Shown here piece by piece: positions 10,280-20,606 of a stretch of DNA of 64,000 nt; the stretch's first letter is position 1; the number at the start of each line of letters is the position of its first letter. Under the pieces are notes generated by a model. It was given only the letters and a program-made list of their open reading frames with translations, made no database searches and had not been told where the DNA came from. This DNA is from an uncultured delta proteobacterium (GTDB taxonomy: Bacteria > Myxococcota > Myxococcia > Myxococcales > Myxococcaceae). The position numbers and the translations under genes were made by a program. The DNA lies in assembly GCA_963776345.1 (NCBI GenBank), contig CAVZMH010000024.1, positions 1-64,000 of the forward strand. The letters run 5' to 3'.

Positions 10280-10292
10280 TGCAAATTTTGCA
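10280..10292. promoter_or_regulatory. Palindromic upstream activator site candidate
   Basis: Perfect dyad TGCAAA-T-TTTGCA, AT-rich, about 90 bp upstream of the sigma54 box. Confidence 0.5.
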
Positions 10293-10297
10293 AGGTG

Positions 10298-12208
10298 CTA
10301 CAACTCGTCCCATTCCCAGGCGCTCCTGTATCCGCCCAGCGTCTGCGAACGCTGGATGAGCCGGACGTAGAAGGGGTGTCCGCCGAGGGTCGCGCTGTCG
10401 CCCACCACGAAGGCGTGCACCTTCGCCCGGGTGAGGGCGACGTTCATCCGCCGCAGGTCGGTCAGGAAGCCGAGCTGGCCCTCGGCGTTGCTCCGGACGC
10501 AGCTCACCAGCACCGCCTCCGCCTCCCGGCCCTGGAACGCGTCCACCGTGTCCACCTCGATGCCGAGCGGCTCGAGCGCCGGAGCGAGCCTCGACACCTG
10601 GGCGCGGTACGGGGTGATGACCGCGATCTGCTCCGGCGGCAGTCCCGCGGCGAGCAGCGCCCGGGCGCGCGCGACGACGACCTCCGCCTCGCCGGGGTTC
10701 TCCAGGCTCTCGCTCCCCTCCGGCGCGACCTCCTCCCACCCCTTGCCGGCCGAATCGAGGAAGAGGAGCGGCGGCGCGTCGAGGGTCGCGCCCGGGAGCA
10801 CCGTGGCCAGCGTCCTTCCGGCCACGCGCGGATGGGCCCGGAGCTCGCCCCCGTAGAACGCCTGCGAGGGGAGCTCCATCAGCTCGGCGTTCATCCGGTA
10901 CTGCTCGCGCAGCATCTGGTGCACCGGCTCGCCGTGGAGCCCGAGCAGCCGCTCGAAGAGGCTCCTGGCCAGCCCTCCGGCCGCGGCCTCCTGCGAGATG
11001 ACGGTCGGCGGGAGCTGGCGGTGGTCGCCGGCGAGCACCACCCGCTCGGCGCGCAGGAACGCCAGCAGGGTCAGGGGCTCGGTGGCCTGCGTCGCCTCGT
11101 CCACCAGCGCCAGGGGGAAGCGCAGCGCCGACAGGGGTGAGCCGCCGAGCGCGGTCAGGGTCGCGCAGAGCACGTCCGCCCCGTCGAGCACGTCGCGCAC
11201 CGCCTTGCGCTCCAGCGCCCGGGCGTCGTCGAAGAGCGCGCGGGCCTCGGCCTGGGCCGAGCGGGCGTTGGCGAAGCGCTCGCGGCTCCGTCCACGCTGC
11301 CGCTGCCGCCGCGCATGTCCGAGCAGCTCGAAGCCGTCGTCGAACAGCTGGCGCGCGAGCTTCCGGTCGGCGTGCTGCTCCACCTGGAGGTCGAGGGTGT
11401 GCTCCAGGAGCCGCGGCGAGACGCGGGCCGGATGCCCCACGCGGACGACCCGCAGGCCCTCGGCCAGGCAGAGCTCGACCAGGTGGTCGACCGCGGCGTT
11501 GCTCGCGGCGGTGCAGAGGATGCGTCCGTGCCGGGCGACGCCGATGCGCGCCACGGCCGCGAGCACGGTGCTCTTCCCGGTCCCCGGCGGACCGTGGACG
11601 AGCATCAGATCTCGGGCCGCCAGCGCGCGCTCCACGGCGCTGCGCTGTTCGGGGTTGAGCGCCTCCAGGCCATCGGGAGGGCGCTCGGTCTCGAAGCGGG
11701 GCGGCTCCTTGCCGAGGAGGACGCCCCGGAGCCGCCCGGCCGCACCGCGGTCGGCCGCGCCGACCTCGGCCACCGCGGCGTCGGCGCGCCCGAAGGTCAC
11801 GTCGTCGGCGACCAGATCCAGCACCAGCCGCCCGCTGCGGACGAACTCGGGCGGTGGGCGGTCGAAGGCCAGCACCACGCGGTCGCGTCCGCCCCGGACG
11901 ACCAGCGCGCGCTCCGGGGGCGCCACCTCGGCGCGCCTCGGCCGGGCCTCCACCACGGCGCCGGGGCCGAACGGGTTCCGCCAGGGGAGCCCCCCGGCGC
12001 GGGCGAGCGTCACCAGGAAGCGTCCGCCGAGGCCCACGTCCTCGTCCACCGCCTCGAGGTCCGCGGCCGAGAGCCCCCGTGACTCCCGTTCGCCCTGGCC
12101 GAGCTGTGCGCGCTCGGAGGCCAGGCGCTGCTCCTCGGCGCGGCGCTCGAGCGCGAGGAGCCGGCGCAGGTGCTCGAAGTGCTCGGGGCCCGGAGGATCG
12201 GCGGCCAT
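10298..12208 (-). CDS. Superfamily 1 helicase, Upf1/IGHMBP2-like
   Basis: LNPEQ, HGPPGTGKST, ASNAAVD, VDEATQ, GDHRQLPP, QYRM, VITPYRAQV, TVDAFQGRE, RRMNVALTRAK. Confidence 0.95.
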   Translation of the reverse strand: MAADPPGPEHFEHLRRLLALERRAEEQRLASERAQLGQGERESRGLSAADLEAVDEDVGLGGRFLVTLARAGGLPWRNPFGPGAVVEARPRRAEVAPPERALVVRGGRDRVVLAFDRPPPEFVRSGRLVLDLVADDVTFGRADAAVAEVGAADRGAAGRLRGVLLGKEPPRFETERPPDGLEALNPEQRSAVERALAARDLMLVHGPPGTGKSTVLAAVARIGVARHGRILCTAASNAAVDHLVELCLAEGLRVVRVGHPARVSPRLLEHTLDLQVEQHADRKLARQLFDDGFELLGHARRQRQRGRSRERFANARSAQAEARALFDDARALERKAVRDVLDGADVLCATLTALGGSPLSALRFPLALVDEATQATEPLTLLAFLRAERVVLAGDHRQLPPTVISQEAAAGGLARSLFERLLGLHGEPVHQMLREQYRMNAELMELPSQAFYGGELRAHPRVAGRTLATVLPGATLDAPPLLFLDSAGKGWEEVAPEGSESLENPGEAEVVVARARALLAAGLPPEQIAVITPYRAQVSRLAPALEPLGIEVDTVDAFQGREAEAVLVSCVRSNAEGQLGFLTDLRRMNVALTRAKVHAFVVGDSATLGGHPFYVRLIQRSQTLGGYRSAWEWDEL

Positions 12209-12255
12209 GCCCCATCCTGCCAGCAGGGCCCGGGGGCCGGCGTCCGCGCCGGGGG

Positions 12256-12892
12256 TCAGGAGGCCGGCGGGGCGATGACCCCGACCCGCCGCATCTCCGC
12301 TCCCGCCGCCTTCACCAGGTCACGCATCAGGAGGTCCAGCCGCTCGGGGTTGGTGGTCTCGCTCTGCCCGACCCAGAGCAGCTTGTCCTGCCGGAGGTCG
12401 AAGACCGCCGTCTCCACCCGCACCACGGTGTCGGTCACCACGTAGCCCGGGCTGTAGGCCGAGCTCCAGCCGTAGCCGTAGTACGGCCCCATGCCGCCGT
12501 ACGGCCCCGGGCCCGTGTACATGGGGGGCACGTAGGTCTGCTCCTTGCTCACCGCGATCGGGCGCATGGCGAAGAGAGCCACCGCGCCCGTCTCCTTGAT
12601 CGCCGCGGCCGCCTTCTCCCGGTCGCCGACCTGATCGGTCGGGATGAGGGTGAACGAGGCGATGGGACGCAGCCCGCGCTGGCGGAGCTCCTCGCAGAGC
12701 ATGTCCTCGCCGGTACGCCGGGTGGTCTCCTCCTTGCTGATGACCATCGCGATGACCAGGTCGCCCGGCTTGACCGAGAGCGGGGCGGCGTCGGACGCCT
12801 TCCAGGTGCCCTTGAACTTCGTGCCGGCCGCGCAGGCCGCGAGCGACGGTCATCAGGACTGCGGAGGTGACTCGGATGGACCGCGAGGACAT
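12256..12892 (-). CDS. Lipoprotein (DUF4136-like), paralogue of the next gene; frameshift near 12845
   Basis: The frame MSSRSIRVTSAVLMTV shifts to LAACAAGTKFKGTWK...VISKEE...YGYGW...YVVTDTVVR...[12 protein letters not shown]. Confidence 0.7.
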
Positions 12893-12959
12893 GGCGACTC
12901 CTTAGCACCGGACGCCAGCGACCCGGAAGGGGACCAAGGGGGCATTGACACCCCGAAGC

Positions 12960-13592
12960 TCAGGGCTGCGCGGCCAGCACGCCGGCCCGGGTCATTTCCT
13001 CCCCGGCCACCTTCACCACGTCGCCGACGAACGAGTCCAGTGTCTCGGGGTTGGTGGTCTCGCTCTGCCCGGCCCAGAGGAGCTTCTCCTGCCGCAGGTC
13101 GTAGGCGAGGATCTCGAGGCGCACCACGGTGTCGGTCACCACGTAGCCCGGGCTGTAGGCCGCGCCCCACCCGTAGCCGTAGTAGGGCCCCCACGCGCCA
13201 TAGGGCACGGGCGCCCAGTAGGTCGGCGGGACGTACGTCGCCTCCCGGGTCGTCTGCAGCGGGCGCACGACGAAGGCGGCCACGGCCCCCGTCTCGTGGA
13301 GGGTGGCCAGGGCGCGCTCCTTCTGGAGCGCCTGATCGACGCTGAGCACTCGGTACGCGGGGATGACCAGGAGCCCGTGCCGGGACAGCTCGGCAGCGAG
13401 CGCGTCCTCGCCGGAGCGGCGGGTGAGCTCGTTCCGGCTGATGACCATGGCGACCACGGTGTCGCCCGCCCGGAGCCGCAGGGGCGCGGCGTCGGGTGCG
13501 CTCCACGTCTGGACGAACCGGGTGCTCGCGGCGCAACCGGCGAGCAGGAGCAGCGTCCCAGCGCTGGCGAGCCGGATGGATGTCGAGAGCAT
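12960..13592 (-). CDS. Lipoprotein (DUF4136-like)
   Basis: Lipobox LAGC; Gly/Tyr-rich segment; [12 protein letters not shown]. Confidence 0.8.
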   Translation of the reverse strand: MLSTSIRLASAGTLLLLAGCAASTRFVQTWSAPDAAPLRLRAGDTVVAMVISRNELTRRSGEDALAAELSRHGLLVIPAYRVLSVDQALQKERALATLHETGAVAAFVVRPLQTTREATYVPPTYWAPVPYGAWGPYYGYGWGAAYSPGYVVTDTVVRLEILAYDLRQEKLLWAGQSETTNPETLDSFVGDVVKVAGEEMTRAGVLAAQP

Positions 13593-13706
13593 GGTGCCTC
13601 CCCGGGGATGACGGTGCGACAGTGGCCGAAGGGGGCGGTGGCGCCAAGCGGCATCCGCGTGGGTGCGGTTGCGGACGGGTGGGGGCGGGGCTTAAGGGCT
13701 CCCGGG

Positions 13707-15821
13707 ATGCACCCGCCTGGCTCCCCCAACCGGCTCGCCGCCGAGTCCTCGCCGTACCTGCGCCAGCACGCCACCAACCCGGTGGACTGGTACCCGTGGG
13801 GCGACGAGGCGCTCCGGCGCGCGCGGGACGAGCAGCGGCCCATCCTCCTCTCCATCGGCTACTCGGCGTGCCACTGGTGCCACGTGATGGCCCACGAGTC
13901 CTTCGAGGACCCCGGCACCGCGGAGCTGATGAACGCGCACTTCGTGAACGTGAAGGTGGACCGCGAGGAGCGGCCCGACCTGGACCAGGTGTACCAGGGG
14001 GTGGTGCAGCTCATGGGCGCGCAGGGCGGATGGCCGCTCACCGTGTTTCTCACGCCGGAGCTCGTGCCCTTCTTCGGAGGCACGTACTTCCCGCCCGAGC
14101 CGCGGCACGGGCTGCCGTCGTTCCGGATGCTGCTCGACGCCCTGGCCCGTGCCTGGACGGAGGACCGAACGAAGGTGATCGCCCAGGCCGGGGAGTTCAA
14201 GGACGGGCTCCGCCAGCTGGCGACCTACGGGCTGGGCATGCTCACCACCCCCGTCTCCGGCGACGACGTGACGGCGGCGGGCAGGTCCCTGGCCCGGGCG
14301 CTGGACCCGGTCGAGGGCGGCCTCGGCGGCGCGCCGAAGTTCCCCAACACCATGGGGCTCGCGCTCCTCTTCCGCGCCTGGCGCCGGAGCGGGAACGCGG
14401 CGCTCCGGGAGGGCGCGCTGCACTCGCTCGACCGCATGGTGACCGGCGGCATCCACGACCAGCTCGGCGGCGGGTTCCACCGCTACAGCGTGGACCGCTT
14501 CTGGCGCGTGCCGCACTTCGAGAAGATGCTGTACGACAACGCGCTGCTGCTCCACCTGCTCGCCGAGGCCCAGCAGATCTCCCCCCGGCCCGGGTGGAGC
14601 GAGAGCGCGGAGCGCCTGGTCGAGTGGCTCGGCCGGGAGATGACCGATGCGGCCGGCGCCTTCCACGCCACCCAGGACGCCGACAGCGAGGGCGAGGAGG
14701 GGAAGGCATTCGTCTGGAGCCCGGCCGAGCTCGACGCGGTGCTCGGGGCGGAGGACGGCCGCCGAGCCGCGACCGCGTTCGGCGTCACGGCGCAGGGAAC
14801 CTTCGAGCACGGGCGGAGCGTGCTCGAGCGCCGGGTGCCGCTCGCGGAGCTCGCCCGCGCCTGGGGAACGAGCGACGACGAGACGCGCCGCTGGCTCGAC
14901 TCGGTCCGCGCCCGGCTCCTCGCCGTGCGGTCGAAGCGCGTGCAGCCGGGTCGGGACGACAAGGTGCTCGCCGGCTGGAACGGGTTGATGATCCGCGGCC
15001 TGGCCTTCGCCGCGCGGGCCTTCCAGCGGCCCGAGTGGGCCGAGCGTGCGGCCCGGGCCGCCGGCGCGGTGCTCGACCGGCAGCTCCAGGGCGGCCGGCT
15101 CTTCCGGGTCCACCAGGACGGGACGAGCAAGGTGGACGCGTTCCTCGAGGACTGGGGCGGTCTCGCGGCAGGCCTGGTGGCGCTGTACCAGGCGACGTTC
15201 GAGCCGCGCTGGCTGGAGACCGCCGTCGAGCTGGCCGACGCCGCGCAGGAGCGCTTCTGGGACCCGGAGCACCGGGCCTACCGGACGGCGCCCCGCGACC
15301 AGGCGGATCTCGTCGTGGAGGCGTACGCGCTGCACGACAACGCGGTCCCCTCTGGGGCGAGCCTCCTCACCGAGGCGAACCTCGTGCTCGCGGCGCTGAC
15401 TGGCCGCCGCGCGTACCTCGAGCGCGCCGAGGTGTACCTCTCGCGGATGCGCGATGCGGCGCTGGCGAATCCGTTCGCCTACGGACACCTCTGGTGCGCG
15501 GCGGACCTGCTCGCCGATGGTGTGCCGGACGTGGCCCTCACGGGTCCGGCGCGCGCCCGCGGCCCGTTCCTCTCGATGCTCGGGAAGACCTACGCGCCGA
15601 CGCTCTCGGTCGCGGCCTTCGCGGCCGGTGCGGCGCCGGCGGTGCTCTCGGAGCTGGCGGAGGGGAAGACGACCGCCGGCGCCGAGGCCGCGGCGTACGT
15701 CTGCCGGAACTTCACCTGCACGCTGCCTCTCACCTCGCCCGAGGCCCTCGCCGCCGAGCTCGGTCGAGCGGGCTTGCTCGCGCATCACGGCGGCGGGGTC
15801 GTGGGCGACGACGACGACTGA
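13707..15821 (+). CDS. Thioredoxin-domain protein YyaL/DUF255 (SPATA20-like)
   Basis: [60 protein letters not shown]. Confidence 0.95.
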   Translation: MHPPGSPNRLAAESSPYLRQHATNPVDWYPWGDEALRRARDEQRPILLSIGYSACHWCHVMAHESFEDPGTAELMNAHFVNVKVDREERPDLDQVYQGVVQLMGAQGGWPLTVFLTPELVPFFGGTYFPPEPRHGLPSFRMLLDALARAWTEDRTKVIAQAGEFKDGLRQLATYGLGMLTTPVSGDDVTAAGRSLARALDPVEGGLGGAPKFPNTMGLALLFRAWRRSGNAALREGALHSLDRMVTGGIHDQLGGGFHRYSVDRFWRVPHFEKMLYDNALLLHLLAEAQQISPRPGWSESAERLVEWLGREMTDAAGAFHATQDADSEGEEGKAFVWSPAELDAVLGAEDGRRAATAFGVTAQGTFEHGRSVLERRVPLAELARAWGTSDDETRRWLDSVRARLLAVRSKRVQPGRDDKVLAGWNGLMIRGLAFAARAFQRPEWAERAARAAGAVLDRQLQGGRLFRVHQDGTSKVDAFLEDWGGLAAGLVALYQATFEPRWLETAVELADAAQERFWDPEHRAYRTAPRDQADLVVEAYALHDNAVPSGASLLTEANLVLAALTGRRAYLERAEVYLSRMRDAALANPFAYGHLWCAADLLADGVPDVALTGPARARGPFLSMLGKTYAPTLSVAAFAAGAAPAVLSELAEGKTTAGAEAAAYVCRNFTCTLPLTSPEALAAELGRAGLLAHHGGGVVGDDDD

Positions 15822-15930
15822 GCGGGGCGTCTGGGTCGCTCGAATCCCGCGCCTTGGTCAGCGACCGTCCAGGCTGGCCAGAACGCCGAGATGGTCCCCG
15901 CCTTTGCATCGGACCACGACGCTGGGTCGG

Positions 15931-16734
15931 TCACCGCGCCGGCGGTTCATCGCGCTTCTCCGGCGCCGGCGCGGGTGGGATGGTCCTCGCCTGCGCGGCG
16001 AGCTCGAGCACCTTGTCCACCGGCCGGAGCACCGTCATGACCGAGTCGGAGCCGCGTCCGCCGGCCTGTCCGTCGATGCTGGTGGCGAAGCGCTTCACGA
16101 AGATGCCGAGCGGCACGCCGTCCGAGGTGTACGCGAGCGAGCCCACGAAGCCGGAGGTCTCACCGTCGGTCACGTAGTACGGTGCCGGCCCGCGCACGAA
16201 GGCCCGCACCTCGCCGGTGGCCACCCCCAGCGCCCGGTTCCCGAGCTTCCCCAGCCGGCCGAGGACGAAGATCCGCGTCAGGAGCGGCACCGTCCCCGCG
16301 CGCGGCTTCAGGGCGATGGCGGAGAGCTTCAGGCTGGCGTCGCGTGGCCGGATGAAGGCGAGGTCCAGGTCGGTGTCCTTGAGCACCACCACCGCGTCCA
16401 GCTCGGTCCCGTCCTCGAGGAGGAGGACCGTCTCCTTCACCTCGGACTCGAGCGTCACCCGCTGCCGCTGCGCGTCCACCATGCGCCGCAGCGCTCCCGA
16501 GGGGTCGATGCTCGAGGCGCTGGCCACGGTCAGCCCGGAGGGGTCGATGAGCACGCCCGGCACCTCCATCTTCTGCTCGTGCTCCTGGCCGCTCAGCTTG
16601 AGCTTGAGCACCAGCCGGACCGTCACCACCGCCCGGCCGCTCTGCTCGGCGGTGGACCGCGCCACCGACTCGAGGTCCGGAGGCGCCGCCGCGGCCAGCA
16701 TGGCGAGGATCCCCACCGCGCCGGGGCCGCTCAC
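15931..16734 (-). CDS. Secreted trypsin-like-fold protein, apparently catalytically inactive
   Basis: Aligns by eye with the upstream HtrA protease domain, but TNHHV reads ASASS and GNSGG reads GFVGS; GTGA overlap with the HtrA stop. Confidence 0.7.
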   Translation of the reverse strand: MSGPGAVGILAMLAAAAPPDLESVARSTAEQSGRAVVTVRLVLKLKLSGQEHEQKMEVPGVLIDPSGLTVASASSIDPSGALRRMVDAQRQRVTLESEVKETVLLLEDGTELDAVVVLKDTDLDLAFIRPRDASLKLSAIALKPRAGTVPLLTRIFVLGRLGKLGNRALGVATGEVRAFVRGPAPYYVTDGETSGFVGSLAYTSDGVPLGIFVKRFATSIDGQAGGRGSDSVMTVLRPVDKVLELAAQARTIPPAPAPEKRDEPPAR

Positions 16735-18773
16735 CGGGAGGCCTCCTTCGCCCCGTTCCAGGTGGGCTGCACCTCGACGAAGAGGGTCTGCACCCCGCGC
16801 CGGACGAAGAACACCACCTGCCCGGGCTTCTTCTCCTTCATCGGGCGGAGCACCTGTTCCAGCTCCTTCACGTCGCTCACCGTCTTGCCGTCGACCGCCA
16901 GCACCAGGTCGTCCGTCCGGAGCCCGCCCACCGACGCCCAGCCGCCCGCGTCCACCTGACTCACCAGCGCGCCGGCGGTCTCCTTCGGCCATCGGCGCTT
17001 CACCCGGTCGAGGTACGAGATGTCCCGGGCGCGGAACTCGAGCGCCACGTCCTCGTAAACCCGCAGCTCGTTCTCCAGTCGCGGCGCCTCCCGCAGCGTG
17101 ACCGTCACCTCGAGCGGCTTCCCGTCTCGGAGCACGGCGAGGACCGCCTTGGTCCCGGGCTTGTAGGCCCGCAGCAGCGCATCGAACACGTCCGCGTCCT
17201 GGGGCTCGCTCGCCTCGACCAGGGCGTCGTCCACCTTGGTGACCACGTCCCCCACCCGGAGGCCGCTGGCGTCGCCGTCGGGCAGGATCTGCGTGACCCG
17301 CGCGCCCTTGCGGCCCTTGTACCCGAGCGCGATGGCGAGCCTGGGCGAGAGGACCTGCGTGCTGACCGGCAGCCAGCCCCGGCGCGCCTCCTGGGGCGGC
17401 TCCTGCGGCGGGCGGATGCCCACCTCGACGACGGTGAGCATCTTCTCCGCCCCGCGCTCGAAGCCCACCACCGTCGGGACCGGCGCCTTCGCCGTGCGGA
17501 CGATGTCCGTCGTCGCCTTCACCAGCGCCTCGGGCGACTCGACCGGCTTCCCGGCCACCGAGACGATCACGTCGTCCCGCCGAAGCGCAGGCACCGCCTT
17601 GTCCGCCGGGCCGCCCGGCCGCAGCGTGCCCACCAGGACGCCGCGGGTGTCCGGCCGCTGGAGCTCGATGGACTCCACCCGGGTGAGCCGCCGCGCGGTC
17701 ATGCCCCACTCCTTGAGCTCCGTCTCCTTGCCCCGCGCGGCGTCGCGTGTCGCCGGGGAGAGCTTCACCTCGAGCTTCTGCGTCCCGCGCGCCAGCTGCA
17801 TCGCGAGCGGCCTGCCCGGCGTCCGCTGCAGCAGCTCGTTGGTGAAGGCCGGAAGCTGCGTCTCGAAGCGCACCGTCACCGGGCGCCCCTCCACCGCGAT
17901 GATGCGGTCTCCGGGCCGGATGCCCGCCTCGGCGGCCGGCGTCCCCGGCAGCACCCCGGAGACCAGCACCCCGGTCGTCGACGGCGGCGAGTCCTTGAGC
18001 AGCGGCTGCAAGGTCAACCCGGTCCAGGCGCGCTCGACCTTGCCCCGGGCGATGAGCTGCTGGGCGACGGAGCGGGCGAGGTCGGCGGGAATCGCCGCGC
18101 CGAGCCCCATCACCAGCTCGTTGATGCCGATGATCTCTCCTTCCAGGTTGACCAGCGGCCCGCCGGAGTTGCCGGGGAAGATCTGCGCGTCGTGGCCGAT
18201 CCACTTCACCACCGAGCCCACGTTCTCGCCCTCGATCTCGATCGGCCGGGGGATGCGCAGGTCGGCGTTGGCCACGATGCCGCGGGTGACGGCCTGGGAC
18301 AGCGCGAGCGGACAGCCCATGGCCAGGACGGTGTCCCCCACCCGCACCGACTCGGAGGACCCGAACACGGCAGTGGGGAGCGGCGCGGACCCCTTGGGGC
18401 GCCGGGAGAGGTCGAGCTTGATGACCGCGATGTCGCTCAGCGGGTCGGTCCCCACCAGCGTCGCCTCGAGCTCCTCGCGCGTGGGGAGGACCACGCGGAT
18501 GGCGGTGGCCCGTCCGACCACGTGGTGGTTGGTGATGACGTGCCCCTCGGCGGAGATGATCGCCCCGGAGCCGGTCCCCCCGGACTTCTTCTCCCGCCCC
18601 CCGTCGCTGTAGGTCGAGAGCACCAGGATCTGCACCAGCGAGGGGTAGACGCGGGCGATGGCCCGGGAGACGGCCGGGTCCGAGTGCGGGATCGGCGGCG
18701 TCTCCTGCTCGGCCCCGCCGGCCCGCGCAGCCGGGAGCATCGCGATCAGGAGCAGGGCCGGGAGGACGCGCAT
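16731..18773 (-). CDS. HtrA/DegP-family serine protease with about four PDZ domains
   Basis: Signal peptide; ITNHHVV, DPLSDIAV, PGNSGGPL triad; repeated GxxV..V..G.PA...G...GD.I PDZ patterns. Confidence 0.92.
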   Translation of the reverse strand: MRVLPALLLIAMLPAARAGGAEQETPPIPHSDPAVSRAIARVYPSLVQILVLSTYSDGGREKKSGGTGSGAIISAEGHVITNHHVVGRATAIRVVLPTREELEATLVGTDPLSDIAVIKLDLSRRPKGSAPLPTAVFGSSESVRVGDTVLAMGCPLALSQAVTRGIVANADLRIPRPIEIEGENVGSVVKWIGHDAQIFPGNSGGPLVNLEGEIIGINELVMGLGAAIPADLARSVAQQLIARGKVERAWTGLTLQPLLKDSPPSTTGVLVSGVLPGTPAAEAGIRPGDRIIAVEGRPVTVRFETQLPAFTNELLQRTPGRPLAMQLARGTQKLEVKLSPATRDAARGKETELKEWGMTARRLTRVESIELQRPDTRGVLVGTLRPGGPADKAVPALRRDDVIVSVAGKPVESPEALVKATTDIVRTAKAPVPTVVGFERGAEKMLTVVEVGIRPPQEPPQEARRGWLPVSTQVLSPRLAIALGYKGRKGARVTQILPDGDASGLRVGDVVTKVDDALVEASEPQDADVFDALLRAYKPGTKAVLAVLRDGKPLEVTVTLREAPRLENELRVYEDVALEFRARDISYLDRVKRRWPKETAGALVSQVDAGGWASVGGLRTDDLVLAVDGKTVSDVKELEQVLRPMKEKKPGQVVFFVRRGVQTLFVEVQPTWNGAKEASR

Positions 18774-18860
18774 CCCGCCGACGGTACTACGGCCCGCCGA
18801 GCCGGGAGCGTGCCCGCTCCGAGGGCGCCTTGATGCCAGGCGATGGAGGCTGGCCGTGCT

Positions 18861-20204
18861 TCAGCGCGCGTCGGCGCGGCGGGCCTGCATCCTGCGCTCG
18901 ATCTCGTCCGGGTCCTTCGGGACGGCGCGGGTGATCACCTCCGCCCCGGTCGGGGTGACGAGGATCTCGTCCTCGATCCGCACCCCGAACCCGCGCTGCG
19001 GAAGGTAGATGCCGGGCTCCACCGTGAGCACCGCCCCCGCCGGCAGCGGCGCGTCGTAGTCGCCGGCGTCGTGGACCTCGAGCCCGACGAAGTGGCAGCA
19101 CCCGTGCAGCGCCGCGTCGTGGTAGCCGGCCTCGTCGATCACCTTGCGCACCGCCCGCTCCAGCGCCCGCGGCGTGACGCCGGCCTTGGCCGCGGCGATG
19201 CCCGCCGCCTGCGCCTTGAGGACGATCTCGTAGATCTCCCGCTGCTCGGGGCTGAACTTGCCGGACACCGGATAGGTGCGGGTGACGTCGGTGGCGTAGA
19301 GCTGCTCCTCGGCGGCCGCGTCCACCACCACCACCTCGCCCTCCTTCATCACCCGGTCGTCCTTCGGGTAGTGGAGGATGGCCCCGTTCGGGCCGGAGCC
19401 GACGATGGAGTCGTAGGCCAGGTGCCGCGCACCCGAGCGGCGGAAGGCGTCCTCGATGGCGTCCTTCAGCTCGAACTCGCGCATCCCCGGCCGGAGCACC
19501 TCGAGGACCCGCGCGTGCCCCGCGGCGGTGTGCTCGATGCTCCGCCGCATCAGCTTGATCTCCTCCGGCTCCTTCGCCTCGCGCATCCGGGCGAGCGTCC
19601 CGTGCAGGTCGTTGACCTTGCAGCCGTAGGAGCGGTCCTGCGCCTCGGCGTACCAGGTCATCACCTTCGGCTTCGGCTCCGGCGCGGGCACGAGCTGTCC
19701 GACGAAGTTGAGCCCGCCGTGGCCGCAGGCGTGGATCAGCGCATGGCCAAGCGCGGAGCTCCGGTACACCTGGGCAATGCCGCTGGTCAGCTCGATCGCC
19801 TGCGACGGCAGCTTGGCCCGCTCGCCCTCCCACTGCCCGCGCTCGAGGTCGAGCGGCCGGAGGAAGAGCCCCTCCGGGTCGGGCGACGCCGGGTCGAGGA
19901 GCAGCGCCGCCCCGGGCTCGTCGATGCCGGTCAGGTAGTAGAAGTCCATCCCCTCGCGCATGCCCTCGAACCGCGCCTCGTTCACCACCAGCGTGGCGCC
20001 GGTCTTCAGCTTCTCCATCAGCGCCTTCCTCCGGCGCCGGTAGACGTCCGGGCCGAGGGAGCCGGTGGGGCCGAGGGTGCGCGGCTCGCGCGCCACCGAC
20101 GGGGCGAGGTACTTGCCGACGGGGAGGGGCTTCGGGACCTCCTGGGCCGGAGCGGGAGGCTCGGCGCCGAGGAGGACGAGAGCGAGGAGGGGAGCTGGAT
20201 GCAT
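18861..20204 (-). CDS. Xaa-Pro aminopeptidase (M24B), with signal peptide
   Basis: DFYYLTG, VDAAAE...YATDVTRT, HFVGLEVHD, TVEPGIY, GVRIED. Confidence 0.92.
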   Translation of the reverse strand: MHPAPLLALVLLGAEPPAPAQEVPKPLPVGKYLAPSVAREPRTLGPTGSLGPDVYRRRRKALMEKLKTGATLVVNEARFEGMREGMDFYYLTGIDEPGAALLLDPASPDPEGLFLRPLDLERGQWEGERAKLPSQAIELTSGIAQVYRSSALGHALIHACGHGGLNFVGQLVPAPEPKPKVMTWYAEAQDRSYGCKVNDLHGTLARMREAKEPEEIKLMRRSIEHTAAGHARVLEVLRPGMREFELKDAIEDAFRRSGARHLAYDSIVGSGPNGAILHYPKDDRVMKEGEVVVVDAAAEEQLYATDVTRTYPVSGKFSPEQREIYEIVLKAQAAGIAAAKAGVTPRALERAVRKVIDEAGYHDAALHGCCHFVGLEVHDAGDYDAPLPAGAVLTVEPGIYLPQRGFGVRIEDEILVTPTGAEVITRAVPKDPDEIERRMQARRADAR

Positions 20205-20351
20205 GGAGCGCGGCAGCATCGCCGTCCACCCAGGGCCCGGGCAACGCTCGAGGTCAGCCGATGCCGTCAGCGGCCTTCGTGCGGATGCCAGTGGCCGGGA
20301 GGGGGCCGGCCGGGGCAGGCTCGCCACCCTCCAGAGGGAGGTCGGCGCACC

Positions 20352-20597
20352 GTGTACGGACTCTGTTCGTGGATCGTGGTGGGGCTCATCGTCGGCGCCA
20401 TCGCCCGGGCGCTCTTCCCCGGCCGGCAGCCGATGGGATGGTTCGGCACCGCAATCCTGGGCATGGCCGGCTCGCTGGTGGGCGGCTTCCTGAGCTCGCT
20501 GCTCTGGCGCGGAAACATCGCGGTGCTGCATCCCGGAGGAATCATCTCCTCGGTGATCGGGGCGATGCTGCTGCTGTGGATCGTCTCCAGGCGCTGA
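20352..20597 (+). CDS. GlsB/YeaQ/YmgE (transglycosylase-associated) membrane protein
   Basis: WIVVGLIVGAIARALFPG...ILGMAGSLVGG...SVIGAMLLL. Confidence 0.9.
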   Translation: MYGLCSWIVVGLIVGAIARALFPGRQPMGWFGTAILGMAGSLVGGFLSSLLWRGNIAVLHPGGIISSVIGAMLLLWIVSRR

Positions 20598-20606
20598 GCC
20601 TCGTCC

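Noticed and set aside
7745..12208. Defence island (TerB plus SF1 helicase)
   Set aside because: The genes are on opposite strands among housekeeping neighbours, with no nuclease or effector partners and no compositional anomaly.
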